Shown: positions 23,180 to 36,541, counted from the stretch's first letter. The stretch is 64,000 nt of DNA from Octopus sinensis (GCF_006345805.1 NC_043002.1:21452001-21516000), one strand, 5' to 3'. Notes: generated from the sequence alone by a model not told the origin. Made by a program: numbers and translations.

Positions 23180-23790
23180 CACTCAAGCCCAGTCACGCTG
23201 AAGCCCAGCCATGCTGAAGCCCAGTCTCCCTCAAGCCCAGTCTCACTCAAGCCCAGTCACCCTCAAGCCCAGTCACCCTCAAGCCCAGTCACCCTCAAGC
23301 CCAGTCTCCCTCAAGCCCAGTCACCCTCAAGCCCAGTCACCCTCAAGCCCAGTCTCCCTCAAGCCCAGTCTCCCTCAAGCCCAGTCTCCCTCAAGCCCAG
23401 TCTCCCTCAAGCCCAGTCTCCCTCAAGCCCAGTCACCCACAAGCCCAGTCACCCTCAAGCCCAGTCACCCTCAAGCCCAGTCTCCCTCAAGCCCAGTCAC
23501 CCTCAAGCCCAGTCTCCCTCAAGCCCAGTCTCCCTCAAGCCCAGTCTCCCTCAAGCCCAGTCACCCTCAAGCCCAGTCACCCTCAAGCCAGTCACCCTCA
23601 AGCCCATTTTCCCTCAAGCCCAATTTTCCCTCAAGCCCAGTCTCCCTCAAGCCCAGTCTCCCTCAAGCCCAGTCACCCTCATGCCCAGTCACCCTCAAGC
23701 CCAGTCTCCCTCAAGCCCAGTCTCCCTCAAGCCCAGTCACCCTCAAGCCCAGTCACCCTCAAGCCCAGTCACGCTCAAGCCTGTCATTCT
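23180..23790. repeat. 16-bp minisatellite ctcaagcccagtc(a/t)cc, ~38 copies
   Basis: Direct reading. The 16-aa periodic ORF (3 x 16 nt) confirms the unit length. Confidence 0.97.
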
Positions 23791-24109
23791 CCTATGGCCA
23801 CATTCAAGCTCATTCATACTTCAGGACATTCATCACTTGATTATTGACCATCTAGTACTTTGTTTACTATCAACCAACCACAGACAGGCCCCTTTTTTAC
23901 TAGAATCTAGTGAAAGGATAAACACACGCACGTACACACACTCTTTCTCTCTCTCACACACACACACAACTGTGGCTATCTGTTGATTCATCAGGTGTTT
24001 TTAATTGCCGATAATTTTGTCTCCCTTTCTCTTTCCGTCATCCCTCCTCACATCATTTCCCATGTTAAGTATGACTCACAATATATCTCTCCTTCGATCT
24101 CTCCCTGCA

Positions 24110-24152
<43 letters not shown>

Positions 24153-24249
24153 ATGCGTGCGTATGTCTCTTTCTTTCACCTCACACCACTACTTATATTG
24201 ACTCTGACTCATCTAAAATATTAATGATACAGGCTCCAGCTGGATCACA

Positions 24250-24361
24250 GTTCCTGGTATGTATGCATATGTTACACATATGTGTGTATACATGTGTGTA
24301 TATGTGTATGTGTGTGTGTATGTATTTATAAGCACATACACATGTATGCATGTATATGTGT

Positions 24362-24396
<35 letters not shown>

Positions 24397-25050
24397 AAAC
24401 ACATACATATGTACACGTTACTATATGAATATGTGTGTGTGTATCTGTGTGCACATATATATATATATGTATGTATATGTATGTATGTGTATATGTATGT
24501 ATGTGTATATGTATGTATGTGTTTATGTATATATGTGTATATGTATATATATGTATATATATATATGTATATATATGTATATATATGTATGTATGTGTAT
24601 ATGTATATATATGTATATGTATATATATATATGTATATATATATGTATATATATATGTATGTATATGTATGTATATGTATATATATGTATGTATATGTAT
24701 GTATATGTATATATATGTATGTATATGTATATATATGTATGTATATGTATATATATATGTATGTATGTATGTATGTATATATATATATGTATGTATATGT
24801 ATGCATATATATGTATGCATATATATGTATGCATATATATGTATATGTATATGTATGTATATTTATGTATATATAACTAAATACGCACACATCTACATGT
24901 ATATGTATGAATATATATGTAGGGTGTATGTGTGTGCGTGTGTGTATTTATATATAGTATATAAACACATACAAACATATACATATGTATATGAAGGTAT
25001 ATGTGTGTGTGTATATATATGTGTGTGTGTGTATATATGTGTGTGTGTGT

Positions 25051-25082
<32 letters not shown>

Positions 25083-25105
25083 ATATATATGTGTGTGTGT
25101 TGTTA
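24250..25105. repeat. Compound (TATG)/(TA)/(TG) microsatellite
   Basis: Direct reading. Confidence 0.95.
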
Positions 25106-25799
25106 TATGACCCCAGGTCATTCTGATTATCCAACAGACCTATGATCAAAGACATTCCACTTATGAGGCTTCTATATCTCATAGGCTGTGTTGAGCTACA
25201 TTATCTAATGCAGGCTTTCCTTATTTAAGTCAGTTCATTGTGATTTGATAGAGGTTTAACAGCTATTTTTTACAGGATGGTAACCATGTAGAGGCTTTCA
25301 TGTTTGCTCATTCATATAAATGTTTGTATGGAATTATGTAGTTTGTTCTATTTTATTTTTATTTTATTTTTTTATATACATCATTCGTGGAGGTCATGGT
25401 TGAGTGGTTAAGAATCCTCCCTTTGTATCTACATGACTTCCAGTTTAGTTCTGCTGTGTGACAGCTTTGGCAAATGTCTTCTGTTATAGTCCCAGGCTGA
25501 CCACTGCCTTCTGAGTGGATTTCATAGACAGGATCTCTGTGGAAACTTGTTGTGAATGTGTGTGTGTGTGTATTGGTGTTTGTGTATGTTCTCACTAGTT
25601 CTTGACAACTGTGTAGGTTTATTCTTTATCATTACTCCAGATTCACCATCCTTAATAAAATTTTCAATAGCAAACATACAGTATGCAACAACCCAAGCTA
25701 TGAAGGTAACCACAAAGAAATGACAAAATATTAGTTACATGAAAACACTATTGTCACCTTCCTAACTTTGTTTGTACTACAAGAATGGTCATATAAAAT

Positions 25800-26260
25800 A
25801 TGGTGGTGGTGGAGTTTCTCTCATACCTTGTACTTTCAGATCATCTACAAAACAAGCAATGTGTCAGGCTGGTGTTTTGTCTTACTGTGAATAAATCTAT
25901 ATCCTTTAGATTTTCTCAGTGAAAAGAACAAGGAGTTTACTGAATTTTGAACAACATCATAAAGAATGACTGTCTCCTTGAAATATATCCCTGTGACGGT
26001 GTGTATCCACATTACACCCACTTATGGTTGACTTCAGAATAGTGGCCCAGGATGAAGTCAGGCTGTCTACGGGTCTGATTATGGTCTCTGGTGCGTTAAC
26101 ATGCATCCATGAGTCAAGCGCAGTCATCTAATCAATTCCAAGAAATCCTCCCTGAGTATCTAAAATGCCACCAGATCTCTGACATCACAGTGATGTTAAT
26201 TAGAAGTTGCTCAACATTCCTAATTAGCCTCCTTCACTTCTTTCCCGCTGCCTGTTTAAC
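25800..26260 (-). pseudogene. Decayed reverse-transcriptase fragment, R4/Dong-type LINE
   Basis: Minus-strand motifs appear in the expected order: EQLLIN, RDIFQGDSHS (cf. RGIFQGDSLSP), HIACFVDDLKV (cf. YMDDLK). Stops and frameshifts are present. Confidence 0.8.
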
Positions 26261-26699
26261 TGTTATATTATTTCTATCACAGTGGTCTTGAAACAGGTTA
26301 AGACAGACTGTGAAGATACATATATGTATCCTGGATTCATTTAACCATACTCTTTCTCTGCCAATTTGTGGCTGTGTGCCAAACTAAGAAAATATTAATT
26401 TTTACAGTAAGGTGGCAAACTGGCTGTACTGTAGGAGCACTGGAAAAACAAATGTTGCAGTATCTTCTGATCCATTACATTCTGAGTTCAAATTCTGCCA
26501 GTTTCAGCTTTGTCTTTCATCTTCCTGGAGTTGATAAAATAAGTACCAGTTGAGCTCTGGGGTCAATGTAATTGACTTACCCCATCCCCTAAAATTGCTG
26601 GCCTTGTGCTAAATTTTGAAACCAATTTTAATTTTTACTATGGTGGAATTGGTAGGGTAATGTCTTGTATTGTTATGTTCTTTGTGTTGCCTTTTATTG

Positions 26700-27165
26700 C
26701 ACCATATGAGCATGGTCAATGCCAATGCCACCTAACACCATTTGAGCATGGTCGTTGCCAGTGCTGCCTGACTGGCTCCCATATTGGTGGCACGTAAAAT
26801 GCGACATTTAAGCATGCTCGATGCCAGTGCCGCCTGACTGGCTACCGTGCTGGTGGCATGTAAAAAATGCCATTTGAGTGTGGTTGATGCCAGTGCCGCT
26901 TGACTGGCTCCCTTGCCGATGGCACATAAAAAGCACCATTTAAGCATGGCCGATGCCAGCACTGCCTGATGGCCCCCATGCCGGTAGCACGTAAAAAGCA
27001 CCCACCACACTCTCGGAGTGGTTGGCATTAGGAAGGGTATCCAGCTGTAGAAATCTTGCCAGATCAGATTGGAGCCTGGTGCAGCCTTCTGACTTGCCAG
27101 TCCTCAGTCAAACTGTCTGACCCATGCCAGCATGGGCAGCAGATGTTAAAAGATGATAATGATGA
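26700..27165 (+). mobile_element. RTE-type LINE 3' end (family A) with internal tandem subrepeats
   Basis: Several aaaagcaccatt...gatgccagtgccgcctgactggc units, then the conserved family A end and a gatgat tail. Confidence 0.8.
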
Positions 27166-28780
27166 TCTTTCAGGGATTGATAAAATTAAGTACTAGTCAA
27201 CTAATGAGGATTAGCTTTAACCAAATATGCTCCTTTCTTGAAAATTCATGCCTGGACCAATGTAATAAACCATGAACAAGCAGATCTATGATCAAGAGAT
27301 ATAGTGTATCCAATCCTTCTTTAAGATGATTGGGTCTGATGTGAGGAGCTTTTAGCTGCTATTTCTAGCTGGTGAAGCAACTATGTAGAGACTACTAGGT
27401 TTGGCTTAATTATTTTTTCAGAGTGCATGACAGGCTTGGTCGGATGCCAAATAATAGAGCTTGTGGTATTATATCATTTTACATTTTGAGTTCAAATCCT
27501 ACCAGGGTCTGTCTACTGTGACTTTCACTCTTCTGGAGTAAGTAAATTAGGTACCAGGTATGTACTGAGGGACAAAGCTGTTTAAATAAATCTACTTTTT
27601 CCTTGGAAAAAATCTTACCTTGCATCTATGATCACATTTGTTGTTGTTCTTGTTGCTGTAGTTACAACTGCTGTTTTAGTTGTTGTTGTTATATTAACTA
27701 TGATATTAGGGATATGGATGTGTGTGTGTGCTCTCCCCTATTTCTCTGAAGATGGACTGAACCAGACTAGGGAAGAAATGGTGTTATGTTACTGACGTGA
27801 ATCATAAAAACTTAACTTGCTGTATGTTTTGCTTTATGTGTCTGTCTGTGTGTCTGCTCTACTTTTTTTTCATGTTTTGGCATCTTTGGCATACAATTTA
27901 TTTTCAAGAGGAAGCATACATTAATGTGAACTTAAATGTGCATGTGTGCACACACACACACAGAGACAGATAAGTACATGCACCTACAGCTACATATGTA
28001 GATATATATACACACACAATGTGCGCATGCGCTCAGTTACATATATATATATACACACACACACACACATATATATTAGCATGGAAAGCGGACGCTAAAT
28101 GATGATGATGGTGATATATATACATTTTTAGTGTGTATATGTGTGTGTATATATGTATATATATATTGATAAATACATATGTATGTTTATATTTTTTATA
28201 TATATTATATGCACACACAAAGATATCCGAATATATATGTATGTGCACACACACATACATGTAACCATGCATTTGTATTTTTGTACGTATAATATATATA
28301 TACATATGTGTATAGCTGTGTATGTGCGTATGCACACTCACATATGCAGACATATATTCAAGTGTTACTTTTTGTCAACAAGTGAGAAGAAGAGTACTCA
28401 GTATGTGTTTATTTGAGAAGAATTCCTTTATTGTGATCTGAATTTCACAGCACAGTAATTGCAAGTGTCTAGTAATTCTTTTATTCTCCAAAGATTAGCT
28501 CCAGGAAGTACAAGATGGTATCAAACACCCTTTCTGGACAGTAGTGGAGAATTTTTTGAGGTGTACTATTGAGCTGTGTTCAATGTTTTTTATTTCTGTT
28601 ATGATATCTGGTATACTAAAAGCTATGTTAAGGGTTGGTTTCCATTGGTACATACAGCCTGAAAATAGAATTGATCTATTTCTGTAGAATTTCCCTAATT
28701 CTTTGGTATCATTATGGAGAATGCTGTTAAGTTTGACAATGGCCCCTTATTTTTTTGTTTTTTATTTTTTTTTATAAATA

Positions 28781-29346
28781 CTAGGTCTGACGAATAAGTA
28801 TTGAGGACTGGTGCTGTGAAAAGAAAACTACAACACATATCAATTGGGCATTTAATCTCCTTTGAAATGGTCCCTTTCTAAAGCCACACACTTTCTCCAA
28901 CATCGTTTCCATTGATGGAAACATTCCTGGAACTCCTATTTTGGGATAGCAGGCAGCTGCTTCATCACATTCTCTTGGTTATCCTCAATAACTTGAAATT
29001 TTGTTGGGGTCTTCGACTGCAAAAACTGAATCTCAGTTTCAAGGTCATAGCCACAAACCTACGATTTGTCACCAGCTACAACCATTTTCAAAATGTTTTT
29101 GTCTTTCTCGGCACAATCAAAGAGCTCCTGTGTAGCTGAAACCCAATCTTCTTTTTAGAAAGACTACACTCTACACACTTTGCTTCCAAGCACTTCTCTA
29201 AGCAACAGAAGTGAATGAGAATGATATAACTTATGTTTGTGCATGCGTGACAGTTTTCAAGGTCAATCTGTGCCTAACGGCTTCACTCTACACACTTTAG
29301 CTCTGTTACCATAGCAGCAGTCCTGATGCTTTTTGACCAAACCTCA
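28781..29346 (-). mobile_element. Internally deleted Mariner element
   Basis: Imperfect ~35-bp TIRs flanked by TA (28779-80, 29347-48). The minus strand encodes EDNQENVMKQLPAIPK*EFQECFHQWKRCWRKCVALERDHFKGD*, a mariner transposase C-terminus. Confidence 0.85.
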
Positions 29347-30189
29347 TAAGTTGAATATATTTAGAGTTGGACAGTGTTCAATTTTCTCAATGACCCAGTC
29401 TTTCTCTGAGGTCCTTTGAGTGTTATTTCTGTTGATTGTGGGTGCTGCAGCTGGTAGTATTTTATTTGATATAGATTTATTTTTGTATTTAATTTCTTGA
29501 TTTTCTTAATGAGTGTCTATTTGTCACTCATGGGTCTCTATTTCTAGTTTTTATCAAGAGTTGTGTTAGAGTGCGGTTTGAACATATATTGATAATTCTG
29601 TCATCATACATTTACCATATCACTTTGATATCTGAAGAAGTGCATGATGCGTCATCATTTAATGTCTGTCTTCCTTGCTAACATAGGTTGGATGGCTCAA
29701 CAGTATCCAACACAAATCGGAGGACTGCACCGTGTTTCAATATCTTCTTTGGCATCACACATAACTGCATCCCAGTTTGTTTTGCACATATCCATATTGT
29801 GAAATGAGCATGTTGTGATGCATGCACTTGGTTTAATCATGCAATTCTAGAAACTAAAGAGCCATGCATCTGTTGGGAAGACCCTTTTAATCTTCCCATG
29901 TTGAGGACACAACAATCTCTCTATTACAGGTGTTATGATAAAATACATCTGATACACTTTTGTAAAGGGACTGGTGTTAAGAAGAAGGGCATCCAGCCAT
30001 AGAAATCATATCAAAATGAAATGTACAATCAAGGTGTGGTTGTGGGACCATACTTAGGAAAGCAGTAACTCTAAATAAGGGCTTGAACTGTGACAACCTA
30101 TTCAACCGTATCAGCATGGGAAGCAATGTAAAATGGTGATGATGATGATGATGATATTGTTGTCTGATTGAACAGTATCCTCAACTGAT

Positions 30190-30410
30190 TGAAAGAAACG
30201 TTAGCACGCCAGGTGAAATGACTAGCCGTATTTCGTCTGTCATTACATCCTGAGTTCAAATTCTGCCAAAGTCGACTTTGTCTTTCATCCTTTCGGGGTC
30301 GATAAATAAAGTACCAGTTATGCACTGGGTCGATGTAATCGACTTAATCCCTTTGTCTGTCCTTGTTTGTCCCCACTATGTTTAGCCCCTTGTGGGTAGT
30401 AAAGAAATAT
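30190..30410 (+). mobile_element. tRNA-derived SINE, family B
   Basis: cgttagcacgccagg...ctgagttcaaattc...gtcgataaataaagtaccagt...aaagaaata. Confidence 0.85.
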
Positions 30411-30972
30411 ATATAATGGCTAATGCTGCAGTAGTTGCTTAAAACTTGTATCTGTTCACTTTGTTGTGGCTTGTTGACTCAAGTATAAATTTTGACCACT
30501 GAAGAAAAAAAGATTGATGAAGTTATATATTCATGTTATTTGTTTTTTTATCTTTTACATGTTTTGGTCATCAGCTTTGATGTAATATGTTTAAAAGTTT
30601 TTTGAGATGTGTTTCAAGCATTGTCAGTTTATTGATATGGCCACATTTGTACAAACAAACACGTAAACATGGAGACATCACAAGCATACATACACATTCA
30701 CATATGTATATATGTGTGTTTATGCACCAGCACATATATAATAATGGACTCCCCTGTCATTAGACAACGTATGAGGGTTTGACGATTTCTTACTGAACAA
30801 GTACGCATATGTATATGTATGTACGTGTGTGTGTGTGTGTGTGTGTATGGAAGGTCACAGTCTAATGACTGAAACAGTATGTATATGTATGTATGTGTAT
30901 TTATGTATGTATCTATATGTATGTATATATGTATGTATCTGCATATATGTATCTGTATATAAATATATATAT

Positions 30973-31695
30973 ATCATCATCATCGTTTAACGTCCGCTTT
31001 CCATGCTAGCATGGGTTGGACGGTTCAACTGGGGTCTGGCAAGCCCGAAGGCTACACCAGGCCAGTCAGATCTGGCAGTGTTTCTACAGCTGGATGCCCT
31101 TCCTAACGCCAACCACTCCGAGAGTGTAGTGGGTGATTTTATGTGCCACCGACACAGGTGCCAGACGAGGCTGGCAGACGGCCACGCTCGGATGGTGTTT
31201 TTTATGTGCCACCGACACAGGTGCCAGACGAGGCTGGCAGACGGCCACGCTTGGATATGGTGTTTTCGGTGTTTTTCTTATGTGCCACCGACACAGGTGC
31301 CAGATGAGGCTGGCAAACGGCTACGATCGGATGGTGTTTGTTACATGCCCACGGCACGGAGGCCAGTCGATGCGGTACTGGCTACGGCCCCGTTCGGATG
31401 GTTTTCTTATGTGCCACTGGCACTGGTACCACAGGGATACAAATTCCATTGATGTTCATCTATTTTGATTTGGTTTGACTTGATTCGATTTGACTTTGAT
31501 TTGATTTGCCTCAACAGGTCTTCACAAGTGTCACAAGCAGGAAGGTATGCACAGGTGGACTGACTACATCACAGGTAGGGGCCACGGGTTATGGCTTCAC
31601 TAGTCTTGCCGGGTCTTCTCACGCACAGCATACTTCCATAGGTCTCGGTCTCTAGTCATCTCCATGGTGAGACCTAACGTTCGAAGGTCGTATAT
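30973..31695 (-). mobile_element. RTE-type LINE 3' end including the ORF2 C-terminus
   Basis: Minus strand 31689-31600 encodes DLRTLGLTMEMTRDRDLWKYAVREKTRQD*, an RTE-like C-terminus with DR..W, followed by the family A 3' UTR and a (GAT)n tail. Confidence 0.8.
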
Positions 31696-31721
31696 ATATA
31701 TATATATAACGTTCGAACGTC

Positions 31722-31753
<32 letters not shown>

Positions 31754-31815
31754 CTATATATATATGTATGTATCTGTATATATGTATCTATATGTATGTA
31801 TGTATTTATATATGT

Positions 31816-32057
31816 ATCATCATCATCATCGTTTAACGTCCGTTTTCTGCGCTTGCACGGGTTGGACGGTTCGACCGGGGTCTGGGAAGCCAGGGGCTGC
31901 TCCAGGCTCCAGTCTGATCTGGCAGTGTTTCTACAGCTGGATGCCCTTCCTAACGCCAACCACTCTGCGAGTGTAGTGGGTGCTTTTTACGTGCCACCTG
32001 CACAGGTGCCAGAGGGGTCTGGCATCGGCCACGATCAGTTGGTGCTTTTTATGTGCC
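31816..32057 (-). mobile_element. RTE-type LINE 3' end (family A)
   Basis: Conserved family A sequence with (cat)n tail. Confidence 0.85.
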
Positions 32058-32521
32058 GTATATATATATATATGTATGTATGTATATGTATGTATATATA
32101 TGTATGTATGTGTAAGTGTATTCATTTTATGTTGCATGAACTGGACAAATGTCTTAGAGCTGGGTGTCCTTCCTGATGCTAACCCTTACCTACTTTCCAA
32201 GTAAAGTATTACTTATTCCGCAAGGTTTTAGAGGAATGAAGTATACCGAACTGTTTGCTGACAGGTGAAACTGACAATGGTATCACTCAGTGCACTTGCT
32301 GCACAAATGATCGCAGATGTAAACAAACACACAGACACACATGCAACACACACACACAAGCATGCAGTGGTCTTTCAGTTTCACTTTCACGTTCAAACTG
32401 CACTCTAAAGCTTTGGTCCATGTGCGCTATACGAGAAGATACTTATTCAAGGTGCTATGTAGTGAAACTGAACCCCAAATTACATTGTTAGGAAGCAAAC
32501 CTCTGTACAATATAGTCATAT

Positions 32522-32701
32522 TATGGCACGTAAAAAAGCATCCACTACACTCTCAGAGTGGTTGGCATTAGGAAGGGCATCTAGCTGTAGAAAACTTGCC
32601 AGATCATATTGGAGCCTGGTACAGCCTACTGGCTTGCCAGTCCCCAGTGAAACCATCCAACCCATGCTAGCATGGAAAACAGACGTTAAACGATGATGAT
32701 A
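32522..32701 (+). mobile_element. RTE-type LINE 3' end (family A)
   Basis: Conserved family A sequence, inverted relative to 31816-32057. Confidence 0.85.
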
Positions 32702-33221
32702 TATATATATATATATATTTGTTGTGTGTATGTGTGTGTGTATACATGCACAATGTACATACGCGTACATATATATATATATTTATTATACACCACACAC
32801 ACATACTATATATATATGAAATGCACAAGACACAGAAACATACACAAACACATTTGCTCATTCACAGGTTCTCCCCATATTTCTACCACCACAACCATTC
32901 TTATCTTTAATTATTCATCTGAGGAAAGAAAAATCTTCACCAAGAAAAGCCAGCACAATATTTCCATACTTATCTAGTATAAGGAGGAGCAAATAACATA
33001 TCAAGATATAGAAAGTAGGTGATCCCAACAATAAATATAAATATATACTGCTTTATTATGTATTTATTCTATAGTGCTCGAGAACCCTGGACAAGGTGTA
33101 TGCATGCATGTGTGTAATTGTGTGTGCATGCATGCATGTGATAGTGAGTTCAAATGCCACTGAGGTCAATTTTGCTTTTCATCTTTTGGAGTTGATTAAA
33201 AAGTATCAACTAATACTTCAA

Positions 33222-33470
33222 GATGTGGAGGCATGTGGTTTAGTGGTTAGTGCTGGACTCATAATTGTAAGATTATGATTTCAATTCCTGGACTGGGTGA
33301 TGCATTGTGTTCTTGAGCAAGACACTTTATTTCACATTGTTCCAGTCCACTCAGCAGGCAAAAAATGAGTAATTCTGTGGTGGATCAACATCCCATCAAG
33401 ACAAGGAATATATGTGCCACAGAATCCAGGAAACCTGCCCTATGAGTTCTGTATGACTCAGGAAGAAGCT
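33222..33470 (+). mobile_element. tRNA-derived SINE, family C
   Basis: gtggaggcatgtggtttagtggttagtgctggactc...cattgttccagtccactcagcaggc. Confidence 0.75.
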
Positions 33471-34339
33471 GATCCTTAGAGGTGGATTGGGCAGAATCGT
33501 AAGAATCTCAGATTGAATACTTTGCAGTATTTGCTCCAGTTGTTTGCATTCTGAGTTCAAATCTTGTCATTGACTACATGGGTTGTAGTTTTAATATTAC
33601 CACCTGGCACTTTGGGGCTAAAAGCATCCAAGATATGGGTTGATGGTGTTAAATATAATGACAGATTTAGCCTGAATGCTTCAATGTCATTGCTTGGCAC
33701 CTTAGATAAGTGTCTTATACCAAGACATCGAGTCGGCCGAAAGCCTATGAGTGAAAGTGAAAAGACAGACACTGTGTGGGAGCCAATCAAGTGTGTTGAT
33801 TTGAGCTTGGTCATATAGTGTCATATTGACTCTGGCTGAGCATTATGTTAAGGCTGGAAGGTGCCTGGCTTAGTGGCTAGAATATTCTGCTTACGATTGT
33901 GAGGTGTGGGTTCGAATCCTGGTGACACATTGTGTCCTTGAGCAAAACACTTTATTTCTCATTGCTCCAGTTCACTCATCTGGCTAAAATGAGTTGTACC
34001 TTTAATTCACTCTGTGTTGAGTCTCCCTGATAAAGATTTTAAGGGTTTGTGTGTCTGTGGAGTGCTGACCTACTTGCATGTTAATTTCACAATCAGGCTG
34101 TTTGATTGGTGGTATCAACTAGAAGACTTGTCTTCATAACTGATGGAGAGCTAGGCTATGAGTGCCTGTGGAATACTCAGCCATTTACAATACAATGCAG
34201 TGAGTTGGTAGCTCTGTCTGAGTTCATTCATTCATTTGTTGTTTTACATACATTTATCTGTGCTAGCATGGGTTAGACAATACTAATACTGAGACATTAT
34301 TTGATAGCTAGATGCTCTTTCTGTTGCTAACCCTTAGTG

Positions 34340-34525
34340 GCAATAGTTGTGGTGAGTGTGATTTGTAATGTTAGTAGTTGAGGTGATTGTAATAGTAGTG
34401 ACAATGGTTGCAGTGGAAGTGATTGTGATGGTAGTTGTAGTGTTGTAATTGTAAGGGTGTTGGCAGCAGTGGTGAGTGATGATAGTGGTTGTCATAGTAA
34501 TAGCAGTAGTTGTGGTTGTGTTGGT
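34340..34525. repeat. Degenerate (GTA/GTG/GAT) trinucleotide tract
   Basis: Direct reading. Confidence 0.85.
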
Positions 34526-35243
34526 CCTGGCAGTGATTCAGATCTCTACAGTCAGAGTTGACATATTCTCTTTTGCATCTGTTCTCTCTCTCTCTTACAC
34601 ACACACATTTGCGTACCACTTTCACATATGCTTTCAAATCTATAAGCTCTCTCTCTCTCTTATGCACTCTTCTGTGACAATCCCATCTTTTATTCATCTG
34701 TAGTATATCAAAGATTATATTACTCAACATGCCCTTCCTTATTTTATGGTAGTCAAATATGATTTGAAGGAAAATTGACTGGTGTTTCATGCCGGTCAAA
34801 CAACACATGGGAGGCCAAAACTAAGGCTTATCACTGAATCAAAAGACTGTCTTTGTTCAAACAGGCTTCATCATTTTGACTCTTTTGGCTAGGTACCTCC
34901 ACTATGTCAGCTAGAGAAGATGGTTGTCTGCTGCTCAACATCCCTACTCTGTTATAGGACTCATCCAATGAAGGAAAGTGAAATCTTTCCTCACTTTCAC
35001 ATGCTGACAAAGTTGTGGATGAATGAGTACACACCCCACCGTGCATTTGTTTATATTTTCTGTTTATATTTTTTGTTTAATGCTGTATTCACCATATTTC
35101 TAGTGGCTGTGTGGTAAGAAGTTTGCTTCACAGCCACATGGTTCTGGGCTCAGTCCCATTGCAATGGTATCTTCTACCAAATCCTTGAGAGTAGTTTTGA
35201 TAGATAGCAACTGAAACAAACTTGAAATATATATCTATATAAA

Positions 35244-35473
35244 GGCGGTGAGCTGACAGACACGTTAGCACGCCGGGCGAAATGCTTAGCGGTATTTCAT
35301 CTGTTGTTACGTTCTGAGTTCAAATTCCGCCGAGGTCGACTTTGCCTTTCATCCTTTTGGGGTCGATAAATAAAGTACCAGTTTCGCACTGGGATCGATG
35401 TAATCGACTTAATCCCTTTGTCTGTCCTTGTTTGTCCCCTCTATGTTTAGCCCCTTGTGGGCAATAAAGAAAT
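35244..35473 (+). mobile_element. Young tRNA-derived SINE, family B, in a (TA)n site
   Basis: Full ggcggtgagctg...gagttcaaattccgccgaggtcgac...aaagaaata with CpGs retained. Confidence 0.9.
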
Positions 35474-35616
35474 ATATATATATATCTGTGTATGTTTCTT
35501 TGTGTCTACATTTGTTCCTCCACCCACACACACTGCTTGACAACCAGTGTTGGTTTGTTTATGTCTTTGTAACTTAGCAGTTTGGTAAGAAATCAATAGA
35601 ATAAGTACCAGGCTTA

Positions 35617-35840
35617 AGGCGGTGAGCTGGCAGAAACATTAGCGTGCCAGCGAAATTCTTAGCAGTATTTCGTCTGCCATTACGTTCTGAGTTCAAATTC
35701 CACTGAGGTCAACTTTGCCTTTCATCCTTTCGGGGTCGATAAATTAAGTACCAGTTATGCACTGGGGTTGATGTAATTGACTTAATACCTTTGTCTGTCC
35801 TTGTTTGTCCCCTCTGTTTAGAGGGGCAATAAAGAAATAG
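35617..35840 (+). mobile_element. tRNA-derived SINE, family B, nested in an older SINE module
   Basis: It interrupts the ...ataagtaccaggctt|aaaagtactagggtc... module at 35545-35925. Confidence 0.85.
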
Positions 35841-36541
35841 GAAAAAGTACTAGGGTCAATTCGTTTGACTAAAATTCTTCAGCATGGCTGTGATCTTATG
35901 ACTGAAACAAGTAAAAGATAAAAGACAAAAATAATCAAGAATTTTGAAGATCTTAGTAAAATAATCAACTTTGGTGCTTGGACCATAATGTAACAAAAAG
36001 GTTTTTTGACATAAAATTGTCTCATGAGGTTTTAATTTTTACGTTAACATTTTAAAACTGAAGATGTTTATGTTGGAACCAGAAGTATTCTTAGATTGGA
36101 TGGTATATCAGAGGAATTAATAAAAATTAATTTATAATTTCTGCTGAAATAATTAACCACCTTCTAATGATTTCTGCTATTTTGGCAGAAGACCACACAT
36201 TTCTAAGAATGGAACTGAATTGATCCCCAATCAATGATTCTTTCTAATTTCCCCAATCACTGAGTGAAACTTTTGATGCTTTGAATCAAAGCTACTTATA
36301 ACAGCTAAACTTTCATGCAGTTTAACAAGCATGCATTTGTAAACTTAAATGAGCAGTGATGTCTACAGGTGCAGGTTCAATACCACAATGTGGCACCTTG
36401 GGCAAGTATTATTTGCTGTAGCATTGGGCTTGTGATTTGGTAGGGAGACTGACAGAAGCTTATTGTATGCATATGTGTGTGTGTGTATATATATATATAT
36501 TATATATATATATATATTATATATATATATATATATAGCAA

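Noticed and set aside
23211-23840. 209-aa ORF with LKPS/PQAQS repeats
   Set aside because: It is the product of a 16-bp (non-triplet) minisatellite cycling through all three frames.
33564-33818. 84-aa ORF with protein-like start
   Set aside because: Its 3' half is a family D SINE variant, and an equally long antisense ORF overlaps it.
35895-35920. SINE-module end ...gactGAAACAAGTAaaaga resembling an HHR 3' half (also ~15795)
   Set aside because: No copy has CUGANGA upstream and stem III is not palindromic.
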